A stretch of 64,000 nucleotides of DNA from Phoronis australis (GCA_002633005.1 NMRA01000144.1:124001-188000), one strand, 5' to 3'; shown: positions 23,878 through 37,818, counted from the first letter of the stretch. Translations and numbers: made by a program. The notes: generated by a model from the letters alone, not told the origin.

Positions 23878-26524
23878 ATAAAAAATTCACCTGAGTCCGA
23901 AATTCTAGATATTTTTGGAGTAATGAACTTTCGAAGTAGAGAACCTTGGAATATTGAATCTTCAAAGTAATGAACTCCGGATTAGTGGGCTGTTCCAACT
24001 TCCAGCGATGTAAGCAACTTACGTGACACGCAAAATACAACCAGATGAATGTTCAAGTCCTTCTCTAACTAAATATTTTAGTCCAAGTATGTAATGAGGT
24101 GTAATCACTCATTTAAGCACGTCTGATTTGAAAGTTTTGCAAGAGGTAATGCGAGAATGTTCTCTTTCTAGACCATATAACATCCGAATGTGAGTCCCGT
24201 CACGACATCCCGATTCCGTGTATTACGAATTCTGTCTCATCTCAGGAACACAATCATCGTTGTGTAAACAGATTTCCCTCCCCCCTAATTAAGCTTCGCC
24301 AAGGCATTTTCACGAAAGACGTCGCTCTAGTCGGTTAGCGACAAGTATTTCACATATGGCACATCACATTTACAAAATACCGCGAAAAACGGGTGATGAG
24401 GCTGGATTTCGCGAGATCATATCGGTTCGTATCCATGCCAAAATAAACCGCAGAAAAACGTTTCGTCATTGTTGTAATTTGGATGAGTTTTGTAGCAGTT
24501 AGAACTAAGTACTTAAAAATGGTAATTGTAATCCTTGTAGATGAGAAAATCCGTATTTGTCGACTCTAAATAAAGACTTATCTCCCTTGTCATGCATACT
24601 CGGGGAATTCCCTGTCAATGGAATCCCCTAGTATAGAATCGCGACGAATGCGGACGATATTGGATTACCTGTAGTATTAACTGAAGCAATTTTAAAACGA
24701 AAAACATAATTGAAAATGTTTAGTTATCACTAAGTGAACATAAAAGGTTCTTTGCGTGACATTATGATGTAATTGTACAGATGATGAAGAAACTAGTGGT
24801 GACGTTTTGTAGTATACTGTTCCAGTGGCGGATCAGGGACCAGAAGTGGGGCCCCAACATATGTTGCCTCGGGGAATTGGGCAGAGCGCGGTTGAATGTG
24901 TACAGGCGTCCCGAAAGTTACGGAGTCCGGAGTATGAAGCTTCTGTTCAGGTGCGATAAAACTGAACTCTGAAGTCGAAGTCCAAGCGGCCACAGTCACA
25001 CAGTGATGTGTCGAAAATCACCAATTAACGATCAATTCAGATCCCTTTTAACTCACTCTTCATGCAAATACAACCGCAGAGGAGTACGTGACTGGCCCCG
25101 GTTAGATTCCCGGTTCGGAGATCAATCTTCGTCGGCATTTACAACAGTTTTTCAGTAACATTTACGTTGATTAAGAAACGCGATATGCCTACTGTCACAG
25201 CCAAGAATTAATGAGCAGTGCACGTACCAGCACAACTACTAATGGTAATAAATTGTGTTCTTACAAATACACGTGTACCGTATTCGTGACGATAGTCAAA
25301 CAACACTGCGGTCATCAATTAAAGGGGCATATAAAGTGCGATCAAATTTAAAGATGTATTTGCATGCTTTTAACTATGCTGCATGTAATGTACAGCAGTA
25401 ACTAAATAACAATGCTGTTTGAACATGATCTACGCTAAACAAAGTGCAATTGCATTTATTGACAACTTGTAAATGTGAAAGCAAAAACAAGTTGCAGTAA
25501 TGACGTATCTTGGAGGCTCACATAGCCCGTATAATGCAATGTCGTTCCTTAACACCACGTCACAATACTTACTGGATACGGTCGATTGATTTACGGCGGA
25601 TCATTGTCGGCACAAAATTCCTTCTTAATAACATTTGGCAACTTTCATTCTACTTCATATTTTCATAGTCGCTATATATTGTGTTTCTAACTAATTTGAC
25701 CGAGCAATCATAGAGATAAGGAATTAGCGTGCAAGTTCCACTTTAAGGTTATTCCAAACTTTATTAAAAGGTTTCTACTCTAACTCGTACTATAGAAAAC
25801 TCAGTCTTTGTCAAATAGTAAAATTATATTTTTTCTGAAAGAGAAAAGATCACTGACTAAATTGTCCACAGCAAGTGTGATGGATCCATATACTAAAACC
25901 TGTGTCTTTACAGGGTAGAAATATTTTGAAACGTTGTAATTATTTGCCTCATTGCTTGACTAGGCAATTATATAACGTCTCTGGTTCATTTCCATTTTAT
26001 GTCACTATGACACGCTGTCTTTTTTGGATTTTGGCAACACTCTTGGTTTCTAGAATCAAAGAATATTTTAGACCAGTCAGGTGTGCAAAAGAATAATTGC
26101 TTATGAATTAAATTCTTTATCTTTTGGTTCTGGTATAATCGTCAAGAACTGACAAAAGACTTTCTAATGATATGGCTTTTTCGTAATTCCGTTGAAAAAC
26201 GGCGGAGTTGAGAAAAAATTTAATGACAATAAAATTCCATAACAAGTACATACACAGGAACAAACGAATGTATACAACTCAAACGCAAGCGCGGCGCAAC
26301 CTCAGCTGCCGCGAGATCGGAGTTGGCTTTGAAGAGTTACACAATGGTTATGTAACGAAATAAATCGTTACTTTTCCCAAAGTAATATCATAGTATTTGT
26401 TTTGATGATCGTTTCTAGGTGTTGTTTGTAAGAAACTAGCACACGTTGAAAAGACTCTTGGGGCTACGATGATTGATGACCGTCATTGAACAGTGTAGGC
26501 CTGCATATCTGACGATTAAATTAA

Positions 26525-28168
26525 AAGGGGACTGTAGTCAAAATAATGTTGCAGTTAATCGGTTCTAACATACAAATAAAACTCACATTTGCCTGACTTG
26601 CGTGCCAAACAAAAGCCAATTCGAATTCATGGTCAAAACACTGAATTCTGAAAGCGATCGTCGATTGGCTGATGTGTCAGTGACGTGAACGGCGGGGTAT
26701 CGGCTGCTTTACACATTCATTGCTTATGTCATATTTGAAGAGTTTACATCGTAATTTATCATTGTATCAATCGTCCTTATTTTTTATTGTTTGCCACAGT
26801 GCTGTGAAAGGTTCGCTATGCCTTTTTGTATGGCACCTGGTTGCTCAAACTCTTCGAAAAAGGCGTCTTCTAAAGGGATGGTCATCGCATACCATCGCCG
26901 GGTTACCCAAGCCTTGGCCCAAAGCTCAGTGTAGATATAGGCCTACAGGTTTAAGCCGATATGGGTAAAAAATGTACAAATAAAATCTGACTCAAATAAA
27001 TGTCATTAAAACTAAGTCATCCTTGAGTAAACCTAGGAACCAGGTTCCTAGAGTAAACTAACTTCTGTATTTACCGGTGTTGAAAATGTTAGCGATCGTT
27101 CATCGGCTGCTGCTAGTAAAATTGTGATGTGTTCTCTTGAGTACTCGGCTTTTTGCGATTACGTCACCTGACCTTTACCAGTTTCTTTTCCCCCTGATTC
27201 TTTTATCAAGTGTTCGTCGCTGACGGTACCTAGGTTGCGTACATGTTATAACAAATTATCGGAGCTTGTTTCATTTTGTTTCAAGTTTTTAGTATTTTTA
27301 CACCAGCAAATCGAATTTTAGAACTACCTTGGTGCTGCGAAGCTGTTATCATGTCCCGAAAGACGTCTCAAATTTTTATGAAATGGCGCGTGCGCCGTGT
27401 CACGAGCCTGCTGTTCTTGAAACGGACGGCACACTTCTTTGTTAAAAAGGCGGCAAATTATGCTACCAAATGACGTTTATTTGATTGTTTTCCACTTAAA
27501 CAGCTGCAACGAACAATGGGAGTGTCGGGTCACGGGTGACTATACCAGATTTTGCAAGCGCCCCCGCCGGTCCGTTAGCTTTATATGTTGATGTAGCCAA
27601 AGTTTTACGACGAGGTGACGAGCATAACTGAGTCAACTATACCCGGGTAGTCAACGGCTGTCTGACATTTCGGGGTTAACGGAGCTCAACACACATTGGT
27701 ACGATAGTCTTCATACAGCTACAATCGGTAACTTACCAACCCTTCAAGTTTACAGAGCTGCCGGAGTATTGGCTGACAGCTGGCTGACTGGATGGCTAGA
27801 GTCCACGTTGCCCTCGGCACAGTCACTGAAACCAGTTGCACTGGCCAATTTTCGTCTGACGATGACGATGACTGGGTATCACTTTGTGTTGCCTCGGCTC
27901 AAACAGGTATCCCTTGTGACCCGAAATTTCACACTAAAATTTCTTATTCCGACAATATGAAAAACGCTACTTGATTGCACGCTAACACACGACAGTGACT
28001 TTGCCCCCGCCAAATACGTCACGAGACTAAGCAGCGCTCCAAGCCGGTAATTTTTTTAGCTTCGTTAGAGATATAAGTTTAATTTTTGGTGTTGAATTAT
28101 TTGTGAAATTAATCAACAATTCATAGAAAACTATCCAGAATTTATTCAGAATAAAATACAGTTCCCTT
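26525..28168 (+). mobile_element. Kolobok-like non-autonomous element with THAP relic
   Basis: TTAA|AAGGGGACTGTA ... TACAGTTCCCTT|TTAA. At 26818 an ATG opens MPFCMAPGCSNSSKKASSKGMVIAYHR, a THAP N-terminus. Confidence 0.75.
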
Positions 28169-28193
28169 TTAAGGTACTTAATATACATACATG

Positions 28194-28243
<50 letters not shown>

Positions 28244-28355
28244 TGTGTGTGTTTGTAATGTGTGTATGTATGTTTGTATGTACATGTATGTATTTATGAA
28301 TGAATGTATGTATGTATGAATGTATGTATGTGTGCATTTCTGTATGTATGTATGA
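28194..28355. repeat. Compound microsatellite (TA)n(TG)n(TATG)n
   Basis: Directly visible. Confidence 0.95.
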
Positions 28356-28453
28356 ATAAATATGCTTTGTTCTCCTCAGAGAACTATTCACCTCTGAATT
28401 AAAAACTTTAGCATAATTCACCAATCAAAAATGTCAATAAACCAATATTTATG

Positions 28454-29155
28454 CACAGGCGTCCTCAGCTTCTGATCGTCTCCAAAACATTACACATAAT
28501 ACTACAAGGTACTTGTATGACACTCCCAACCAGAAATTCCGCGTGTGCTTCACTTCAGCCGTCCATATCAAACACAAAACTCAATAAATTTACACAAAAC
28601 GGGGTTTCAGCAAACCATTAGTAATTGTTCTTTCTTCTAATACCGTTCACAGTGTTCTGTTCCGGCGACTTCGGAAGAAATTCGCAGTCAAAGAACAAAA
28701 ATGTTCACAAAAAGCCCCCCCACACTTTTATCTTGGGCCTCTCGAGGTCAATGACGGTACGGAAATTACCGGTTTGTCGTGTTAAGTCACGATGTCAAAA
28801 ACTCTATACTTAGCCGCCAGGAGAAAAATTATTGAGTACTTCCGTAACTCATCGGCAATTTCCGTACCGTCCTTGACTTCGAGCGGGCCAAGATAAAAGT
28901 GTGTGGGGGCTTTTTGTGAACATTTTTGTTCTTTGACTGCGAATTTCTTACGAAGTCGCCGGAACAGGACACTGTGAATGGTATTAGAAGAAAGAACAAT
29001 TACTAATTGTTTGCCATATTTGTCTAAATTTATTGAGTTTTGTGTTTGATTTGGACGGCTGAAGTGAAGCACCCGCGGGATTTCTGGTAGGGAGTGTCAA
29101 TGTACCTTGTAGTATTATGTCTATTGGAGACGATCAGAAGCTGAGGACGCCTGTG
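28454..29155. mobile_element. Foldback MITE, P- or hAT-like (CACAG ends, 8-bp TSD)
   Basis: About 310-bp inverted arms (28454-~28770 and ~28853-29155) around a ~80-bp spacer; flanks are TATTTATG and TATTTACG. Confidence 0.9.
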
Positions 29156-29959
29156 TATTTACGTGTATGTAGCAATGGAATGACAAAGGTGTCAGGAGTG
29201 CGCACAATGATGACAATTTTTTTGGTTACGATTCTTTTTGTCAAATTTTCATTTTACTCTGTGACCATTCTGAGGACTCACAGGACTACGAAATTCAAAT
29301 TTAGGTCACGTCTAAGCCTGAGACAGACAAATCGATGCCATGTTTTCACTTCATAATGAGAATTCTAGCCTCAACTACAGTATAGAGGAGGTCATTGCTT
29401 CAAGTTCATTGCTTGTCACACTGTAAGTCCAGTATCGAGAGAAAAGTAAGAAAGTAGAGTTGCAGTTATACGAGAGCGAAGCTAGGTGGAGCAAAGTACG
29501 TGCAAATAACACCAGTTTCATTCTAACATAATTCACCGTATTGGTGGAACAAAGTCTAACCAGGTTAAGATTGGAATCTCTCATCGTGTAAGGCGAGAAT
29601 AAAGTATGCAGGTATGTTACCTGCCCATTTGCAAGGCCCGCGTTTCCGACCAGTGTTGATAGGTGGCGCCTTCCACATAACGAGAATGTGATATCAAATG
29701 ATAAACAATACTATGAGGACAAGCAGAAGAGAAGCACAAATGTAGTATTGATGAAATGTGAGTTGTTACAAAGTTGTTAAGAAATTAGGTATGAATGAGC
29801 GGGAAGTTTTAAAGTAGGGAATTTTCAGTACCACCTGTGTAAGTTTAATCCTTTTAAACCAGGTGCTTTCCAATTACACCTAGGAGAGATTTGTTGACGA
29901 GTAGACAAATTTATTGGCGACATCGTCAGGTAATACATATCTATTTATAGTTTCAATGC

Positions 29960-29968
29960 TAATAACAA

Positions 29969-30026
<58 letters not shown>
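29960..30026. repeat. (AAT)n microsatellite
   Basis: Directly visible. Confidence 0.95.
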
Positions 30027-30027
<1 letters not shown>

Positions 30028-30884
30028 TTTTAAGAAGCTCTAAAAACGAAATACCCCCACCGTGCGACGCTAACAAATTCAGAATTTTACCTTAAATTTG
30101 CATTTCAATGCGAAAAAAGAAATCGTGCACGTTTTGTGACTTGACACAACCCATGGGAATAAAACTATAGTGTTGGTGACATTTTCGATGCTGCCGACAA
30201 TTAGACTAATTAGAAACGATGTAACAGCCATGTAATTTAAGTGACTGCTGTATAATTAATTATCCATATTGGTTGTTTACCAAAATTTGTATCCTCCTAC
30301 GAGTGCATAGGTAATGATTCACCACATGTCTTTGACCAGTTGCGGGGTGGTTGTAATAGCCACTTTCCATTACTGGAACTCGGCTACTTTATTCAGTAAA
30401 TCGTTTTGGAATTAGGAGTTGCATCTTGGAGGAAGTTTATGGGTTTTATGTTTTAAACTATCTCGCCCATTTTTATTATGTTCAGTGTAAATATTGTGTT
30501 AGCTAATCTAAAATTCATATTGCTTGGAGAGAGGCAACTGCTTGGTTCAGAAGTATCACAGATACCCAGCGTTGGTAAGACACAACTTTGTTTTTTAATT
30601 TTTGAATATTAACTTTGTCTTTAGAAACAACTCTTTCTCAGTTACTTGACTAATTCATAGTACTTCTTCCTGAGCTACAAGTTTCTGCTAAATAGGCCTA
30701 GTCTTTGCCTAATTGTAAGTTGAATTTAATGTTATCAGATATGTAGTTTTCTGTATTTTAGTATGATGTATTTGATATTTCAGTTTGTATCTGTAATCGT
30801 ATCGTATCGCGTATTATTAACTTGAACTTTGTATTGGCATTCCGTACACATATCTTAAACAAATTTTTATGAACCAGTGTTTTC

Positions 30885-31202
30885 GTATTATTATTATGCG
30901 CGTCTAACCCGCTGGGCGAGCAACAAAAACAAAAACAAGAGATACACATCTAATGTGCATGTGAAGGCGCTACATTTAGTATTTGCAGTTACACCCATTA
31001 TGAAGACCTAGTTTCATTATGTTTAAATATGTTTTATTTGAACCACTGTTACCGTATTATTATACGAGTGTAACCCACTGGGCGAACAAAAAAACAAAAA
31101 CAAGAGATATAAATGTGCGTGTGAAGGCGCTACACTTAGTATTTGCAGTTACACCCATTATGAAGATCTAGTTTCATTTTGTATAAATATGTCTTATTTG
31201 AA
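30885..31202 (+). repeat. Two-unit tandem duplication (period about 160-170 bp)
   Basis: GTGAAGGCGCTACAYTTAGTATTTGCAGTTACACCCATTATGAAGA occurs at about 30961 and 31121. Confidence 0.9.
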
Positions 31203-31975
31203 GTCCATTTGCAAAATTAGCGGCAAATTTTAAGACTTTCATGGAAATAGGAATGTTAAAACACGACGACTTTTCACTGTTACAAAACACAATGACTTGC
31301 AATATCAAAATCGTCAAAATAAAATTGCTCTTTATTGAGGGAAGCCGAGTCGGAGTCTACTCACTTTTTGGACAGTCCCGATTTCAGAGTTAACTTTTCT
31401 GAATGGTATTTACAGTTTATTATCTAATCACGATACTATGCAATTTTTCAACCACTAGAATGTCGAAAAATGTTTATATACCTCGAACTGTTAATCTATA
31501 ACCGAAGTTTTTAGCCTAATCGTCGCGAGTAGCAGCCATGTTGATTTCATTTCTTCAGCCGAGCGCTTTTGTCACGAACGATCATAATTAATAATAATGA
31601 TGCTTATAGGATTTTGTTTCTGTCTTGTCAGTTCCAAAACCATAAAAACTTTGTACCGTTGTGACTTGTCGATTATTTCGTTCCAGTGCATGACTCCAGC
31701 CTCTGTGCCGGAGGCGACCGTGAGCTCAACTATTTGTCTATAGTTATACTTTACATGTTCTACTTTTGGGCATTGACGTATACTTGTATGTGAATATCAG
31801 GCATTCCCACACAATCTCGAACAAGAATAGACTGATAAGACTTTTTACTGCAGCCATTATTTCAGCCACAACTTGATGCTGAGGCTGACAACCACGTTTT
31901 CAACAATGGTAAGACACATGTACACTCTTAAGTTGCACTTGAAATGCACTTAGACGTTGGAAGTACCTTCGTTAA

Positions 31976-32935
31976 AGTGTACACAACATGACTCTAGTAC
32001 CTCAAAATAAATTTTATTATAATATCTTACTTGATTTCAGTGCCCTTAGTGCACAGCTCGTAAAGAAACACGCAAAAATTGAAAAAATGATAATTATGTA
32101 CAACGTCATGGGTTGAACCCAAGCCGTTCGCCATACTGTTCGGATCAGAGACAAAGTGTACATGTATAGAGTGAAGAGAAAGCAAAGTACATTTAGCGTC
32201 GAGAAGGTTCGTAAAGGGATCAAAAGAAGTGTTTCCGGACGCTGCAGCAACAGCAGCCAGGCGGAAAACGTCTCGGTGTTCCGAAGGACATCAAAGTTGC
32301 GCAAAAGTGGCATGGCTTCGTGCGCGAGAGTGCGTAACGTCATCGTGGACCAAGCGTTTCGGTCCGGGGCCACTCTGTGTTCTGCCCACTTTGAGGACTC
32401 GTGTTTCGACTCCAGTCAAAGGAGACGTTACGATGAAGGCCTGGTTCAATAAAGGACAATATTTATCATTCAGAAACATTAGCTCTTAATTCAGGACCGT
32501 CTGTTGGATGACTGGGTTGACTCGCCGAGCCCGAGTCCGCTTCTGTCGCGGGAGGATCCAGTTCATAAGGCTCAAAGTAGAAAAGTGCGCAGCCGGAAGC
32601 ACATTAAACTTGTTCTCGCTTTCGTGCAACCCCATTTCCTCATCCTGGCCACCATTCCCGTACGTTTCTTCATAGTATTCGTTCAATTCTTGCTCATAAT
32701 CGTCGTCCCTTTCAAATTCCCTGCTCTCCGCCATTGTTCAATGCTAGTCAATGATCTCTTGTGTTCAACCCATGACATCACATGGCGGGAAATGTGAAAA
32801 TTAGCAAAATTGAAAGAAAAATCAAAATTTCGAGCTAATTACACAAAATAAACATGGGTTTAGCTAAATTTTACGTCATACATTTAGTCGGTAGCCACCG
32901 GTAATTCAAAATGTGCAAAAATCCATTGTGTGTAT
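31976..32935 (+). mobile_element. Kolobok-like non-autonomous element with convergent THAP and acidic-ORF relics
   Basis: TTAA on both sides with weak TIRs. Plus strand carries THAP relic CSNSS...LCSAHFEDSCFD (32240-32410); minus strand carries the start of an acidic ORF, MAESREFERDDDYEQELNEYYEE (from 32734). Confidence 0.65.
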
Positions 32936-34789
32936 TTAAATCTCCGCACATGGATCTCTTCGTTATACTCGTCTTAGGCAAAATTCAACACTCCTCGAAA
33001 CCGCTCCCAACCACGTCTGGTGCAGAACAAAAATGTGGCCGTGGAGACAGGACTTCCACTGATAACGGCGAACAATATTTTTAATTTTTGCGTTGCTTTC
33101 TTGATTTCATGTACACAAATTGAAAAAGAATTACCTAGTTACCTAGTACAGCATACCAAAACTGTTGGTAACCGAATTCAAGCATTTGTGACCATAGTGT
33201 GAAGGGTTTGAGCTTCATAGTAAGTTTACACGCAGAATAGCGCAAGCCTGTACGTGTACATGTACAAAGCCATTCATTTTCATTCAAGTTAGATGTTTTT
33301 AGGGAGAGGCAATATTTGGCAACAGCTTATATTGCCACATTCGACACAAATCTCGCCAAATGGGAAGCGACAGTATCGAGGTTGAGAGACTATAGCCCCA
33401 TTTTTTCATTCTTGCGCCGCCCCTGCATAAGTGAATTCAAGACTCTGTTACAGATCGTTGTAAAAGCCCCTCGACCCACGACCTGTGGCAATAGATGAAT
33501 GCTAATTTGCGCTTTTTACACATTTCATTATGAATGACTTTCCCATCAGACGTAACTACAGGCGAATCTTCTCTGGCTCAAATCTGGTGGTTAAAACAGA
33601 AAGTGACGTAAAAGCATGGTCTGAAATAGCGAAGTGTGAGCGAACAATCGTTGCCGCGGACATAGTTACACGAGCGGCTAACAATGGCCCTGTTCTACTA
33701 AACTTAGGGAAAGAGTATGTTTAAACTTAACATGAATGGACATAACTTCACATTTTTATTATATGTTGTCTACATGTATACTTCATGTAACGTCGAGATA
33801 CTATTTAGTTAACAGTTTGTTTTTTTTTTCAAACTGTACATGTAATTACTACAGAAATTACATTTTTGTCTGTTCCTCGCACTCTCCCAAAATAACTTGA
33901 GTCTGCCATTCACTTAAGAGCAGACGAGACGATCACATTTTGCCGGCAAAATCATGTGTACCGTTGGTAGGTCTTTGAATTGATTTGGTTGCGTTGTTTT
34001 TTTATTCATTTTTTTGCTGATTTTGGCTTTCAAAATTGCCTAATCGGCTCTCTTAATTGCAAAAGAAAAACGGGGAAACGCCAGCCGAGCTCACGGCCCT
34101 AGTAGTTGATACAGTGCTTGTTTTTTATTCAGATAGAGTGAGCATGTGTAGACTGTGTCGAGGGGGTTGTGGGTCGTGGGTCAAAGAGGTGACTGTAGCG
34201 TAATACAAAAACGTATGCCGCAAATGATGTGTTGTTGCAACTGAATGGATCNCAAACAAGGGTCCCTTTTAGACTTAATGACGTAACTTGGTTAAAGTGG
34301 TATAAAACGTGAAATGCAGACTGAAATGCCTTATTCAACGTGGTTCTCTGCCACCGAAACAGAAGTCGAAGTGTTCAACAGGTATTTTTATGGGTCGGCG
34401 GTAAAAATTTAACTTTTTGGCTGTCGTCAAAGAATTTTTTTCTTTAGTTTCAAATGTCAGAAAATAAAAACAATCTGCCAATTATTCTTCACTTTGTCAA
34501 TTTATTCACTTCGGAAGAGCATGTCTCCTTATCATATATGGCAAGACGTACATGTAGATGTAGCACATTTCTCTTATATGTAAACCAAACAATGGCGAGT
34601 TTGTGCAGTAGCAGAGACCGGGCAGAAGGAGACAAATCTCCTGGCGAAATTCCATTGGACGGCCAGTGGCGTACGTTATTGTTTCATGGACCGTAGCGAC
34701 ATCCAGCGGGTGTGTGCTCCGAAGAAAGTAATACGGTGGACACTTGTGATCATTGAATCTGAGACAAGACATTTTATCTGATTATGTAG

Positions 34790-35665
34790 CTTATATAGAC
34801 TTCCCATTGGAAGTTGAAACGACAATGTCACAAGGTGGCGAAAAAGGCTTTTGATGTAAAAAACTTACAACAGTAACAAATAGAGTTTAGGCACACATGT
34901 TGCAGATTACAGTCCCGGTGATCGAAACGTTTATGATCACGTGTTTTTCTTTTTTCAAACAACTGTTACGTGTAGTTGATTTCACCATCCTTGAAAGTGA
35001 AAGTTGGTCTTTCTATTTGCATTGGTTTTTTCTTATTTCTCAAGGAATTATTTAAATGTCGTTACGCTGAGACACAAATTATTACTTTTTTGGTCTGCCC
35101 TGGAAACATGTGAACAATACGTTAATGATAAATGTTTATGAATTCCGTTGCTTACTGTCGCATCATAATTCTTCTGTCGATACCTTGCTGGCATCGCATG
35201 TTGTCAAACACTGTTCAGCATGTGTTTCAGGAGCTTAAATCTAGTGTTTTGTGGTTACTCTAGATATGTTATGTGAAAAAGAAAGGCCACGTCTGCTAAA
35301 TTGTTGTTTCTGTGAATGGCATACGCAATATATTGCGCCACGTTGTTGCCGCCGTCACAACCTTCGACAGGGGATGCCGTAGCACAATAAATTAATGGAC
35401 AACCCGGATGATGAATCGCTGAAATATTAATAATGCAAGTGATGAAATTCCTCAATTCGAGATCATGCATATCATTTTCCAGAACTTGCACCTCCACACA
35501 CAGTCGCTACTTGTTTTGTTTACCATGCACACCACAACGCAAAGCCCTAACATTCACCCTAGATTATACCGGTGATATCAGGAAGCCAAAATCACAACTG
35601 TGTCTAAGACAATACCCGGGTTGGTGGCAAGTATGTTTACGGTACAATCCCCAATCCAGGACTAC
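34790..35665 (+). repeat. Diverged paralog of the 3' region of the membrane microprotein gene (41830-42692)
   Basis: Colinear at about 75-80% by eye, e.g. GCGCCACGTTGTTGCCGCCGTCACAACCTTCG in both. Confidence 0.85.
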
Positions 35666-37051
35666 TCGGCTCGCCAATGCTCGTTATTTAAATTTGCTAA
35701 TGTGACAGAACGCGCAAAATACAGAGAAACGAGCATAACAAGAATATCATTCGTGAAAATTAAGCTGTTACATTATTTTTTAAGTCGGATTATTTAAAAC
35801 CAAATTTAAGTAAAAATTGTTGTAGCTTGGCAGAATGAAAGGGCTCTTGATTAAACTTTGGTCTTGGTTTAAAACGCTACAGAAATTCTGAAGTGGGATG
35901 TCAAAATGACACCACTTACAGTGTATTTCAAGTGTCCTCTTCGGGATGGTCCAGATAAGAGTACAAGTCAGCAAACCAAAATTTGATAGTCTTTGTAATG
36001 AAGATTCAATTTGTCATATGCTGTGACGAGGCTGAAAAGGCGCGTGCTTTCACTACGCAAAAAGCTAGAATTGGTTGAAAATAATTTTCTGAAGATTTAA
36101 TTAAAAGTTTACCCCTGCAGCAGTCCGCTAACTTCAATCATGTACATGTAAGGCCATGGCATTACAAATGAAATGGCCATTTTCTCGGAACACTGAAAAA
36201 AATGCAGCGATCCGCCTATACCTTGTATTTGGCCACACACCTACATTCGACAGCAACTACAACTGCATTCGTATATAAGGCCAGTCGCTCTTTTTGTTGT
36301 TTTCTGCTAATCACCTACAATGACAATTAATAAAGAATCAACTGACGCTCCGTATTTTAATAAAACCCGAACTGTAAATTCAAGAACCGTTAAAAATCAA
36401 GCAATGTTGTGGCCTCGAGGGACCCGCGTTTTTAACTTGCAACTTTTAAGCTCTGAGTAAAACTGACACCTACAATTCTTTGAATGTTGTTTACTCTGTG
36501 GGCTACCGCACCCCTGACTTTACGCGTACTGGAAAAGGCAGGGTCCACTACACAAACTTTCCAAATCAGATTTGGATCACCAGAAGCATGTAAACGCTTA
36601 CGGTAATGATGCTTCTAAAATTCCTGTGAGTGCGGGGCCCCAAAAAGCCGTACCATATGTTACTTTTGCTACGTTGTTAATCCGGCACTGGGGATAGTTT
36701 ACTTGAAGTTATCAGCTTTGACAAGAACTATTAAACACCAAAAAACGTTGTATTTTGTGATTTTATTACAAATTGCAAAGTATCGCCGCTGTCTGCCAGA
36801 CATTTGCCGAAATCAAGGCCGATGGCCCTACGAGTTAAACATTTCGCTCTGTTAAACGAACATCGAATTGGGCCTTTTATTCTCAACAAATTTGTGTCAA
36901 TTTCTTTACCGTGATAGGATTCCATTTCCGTAAAGTGATAGCATTCCACTTCCGTAAAATGCTCAGGCAATCCCGATACATGTCCCCTTTCCGAATATGC
37001 CATTTATGGATGCCCAAACCTAACAAACTATTGGGAGTTTTCTTGCTCGAT

Positions 37052-37818
37052 ACCATCCCCAACACAGAGGAGGACATTGAATTTGAATTAGAATACAACA
37101 GAACAGTGCTGAAAAGATGTGGTTACCCGAAGTGGTCATTCCACAAGGCAAACCATGACAGAGTCAGGCCTCAGAACACGCAGCCGGACAATAGGGGAAA
37201 CATCAGGGTAACATTGCCTTTTGTGCCAGGGATCGCTGATCAGATCAAATCACATATGAGGGGACATGACATTGCTGTTGTATTCAAACCTGTTAACACC
37301 ATAAGGAGTCAATTGTTAAATGTGAAAGACAAAACCAGCAAAGAGAAAACATCAAATGTGGTGTATGGCATTTCATGCTCGGAACTGGGGTGTGGAGCAG
37401 CATACATTGGGGAAACCAAGCAAGCCCTGAAAAGTCGTTTCAACCAGCATCGTAGGTCCAGTTATGGGGACTGCTATGATTCTGCAGTTTTTTCTCACAT
37501 GGCTTCCACGGACCACTCTTTCGCCATGGAAGATGTGAAGATCCTGGATAGAGAAGAGAATTGGTTTCGGAGAGGGGTCAAAGAAGCTATCTACGAGAGA
37601 ATCGAGAATCCTAGCCTCAATAGACATGGGGGGCTGCGGTTCACTTACCTAGGACATGGGATGGGGCGCTGATGAGAATCCCGCGGAAACTACACGACGG
37701 ATCACATGACAAGTCACGTGACAACTCAGTGGCCTGATGAAGTCCTCGAGAGGAGGACGCAACGTAGCCACCTCTACATACGTAAGTCCAGTAGTAGATT
37801 TATTTATTGTTTCTTATA
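37052..37818 (+). mobile_element. 5'-truncated Penelope-like retroelement (RT C-terminus, GIY-YIG endonuclease, 3' pLTR part)
   Basis: GYPKW..VTLPFVPG..NVVYGISC..CGAAYIGETKQALKSRFNQH..EAIYERIENPSLN is the typical PLE GIY-YIG domain. The first ~47 aa of ORF 36911-37672 are unrelated flank. Confidence 0.92.
37729..37771 (+). ncRNA. Minimal type I hammerhead ribozyme motif (variant core)
   Basis: GTGGC-CTGATGA-A-GTCCTC(GAGAG)GAGGAC-GCAA-CGTA-GCCAC: stem I, CUGAUGA box, stem II and a palindromic ACGT stem III with GUA triplet. GAAA is replaced by GCAA. Confidence 0.75.

Noticed and set aside
29280-30760. Possible LINE/Penelope relics on the minus strand (e.g. NWKAPG)
   Set aside because: Too degenerate to assign by eye.
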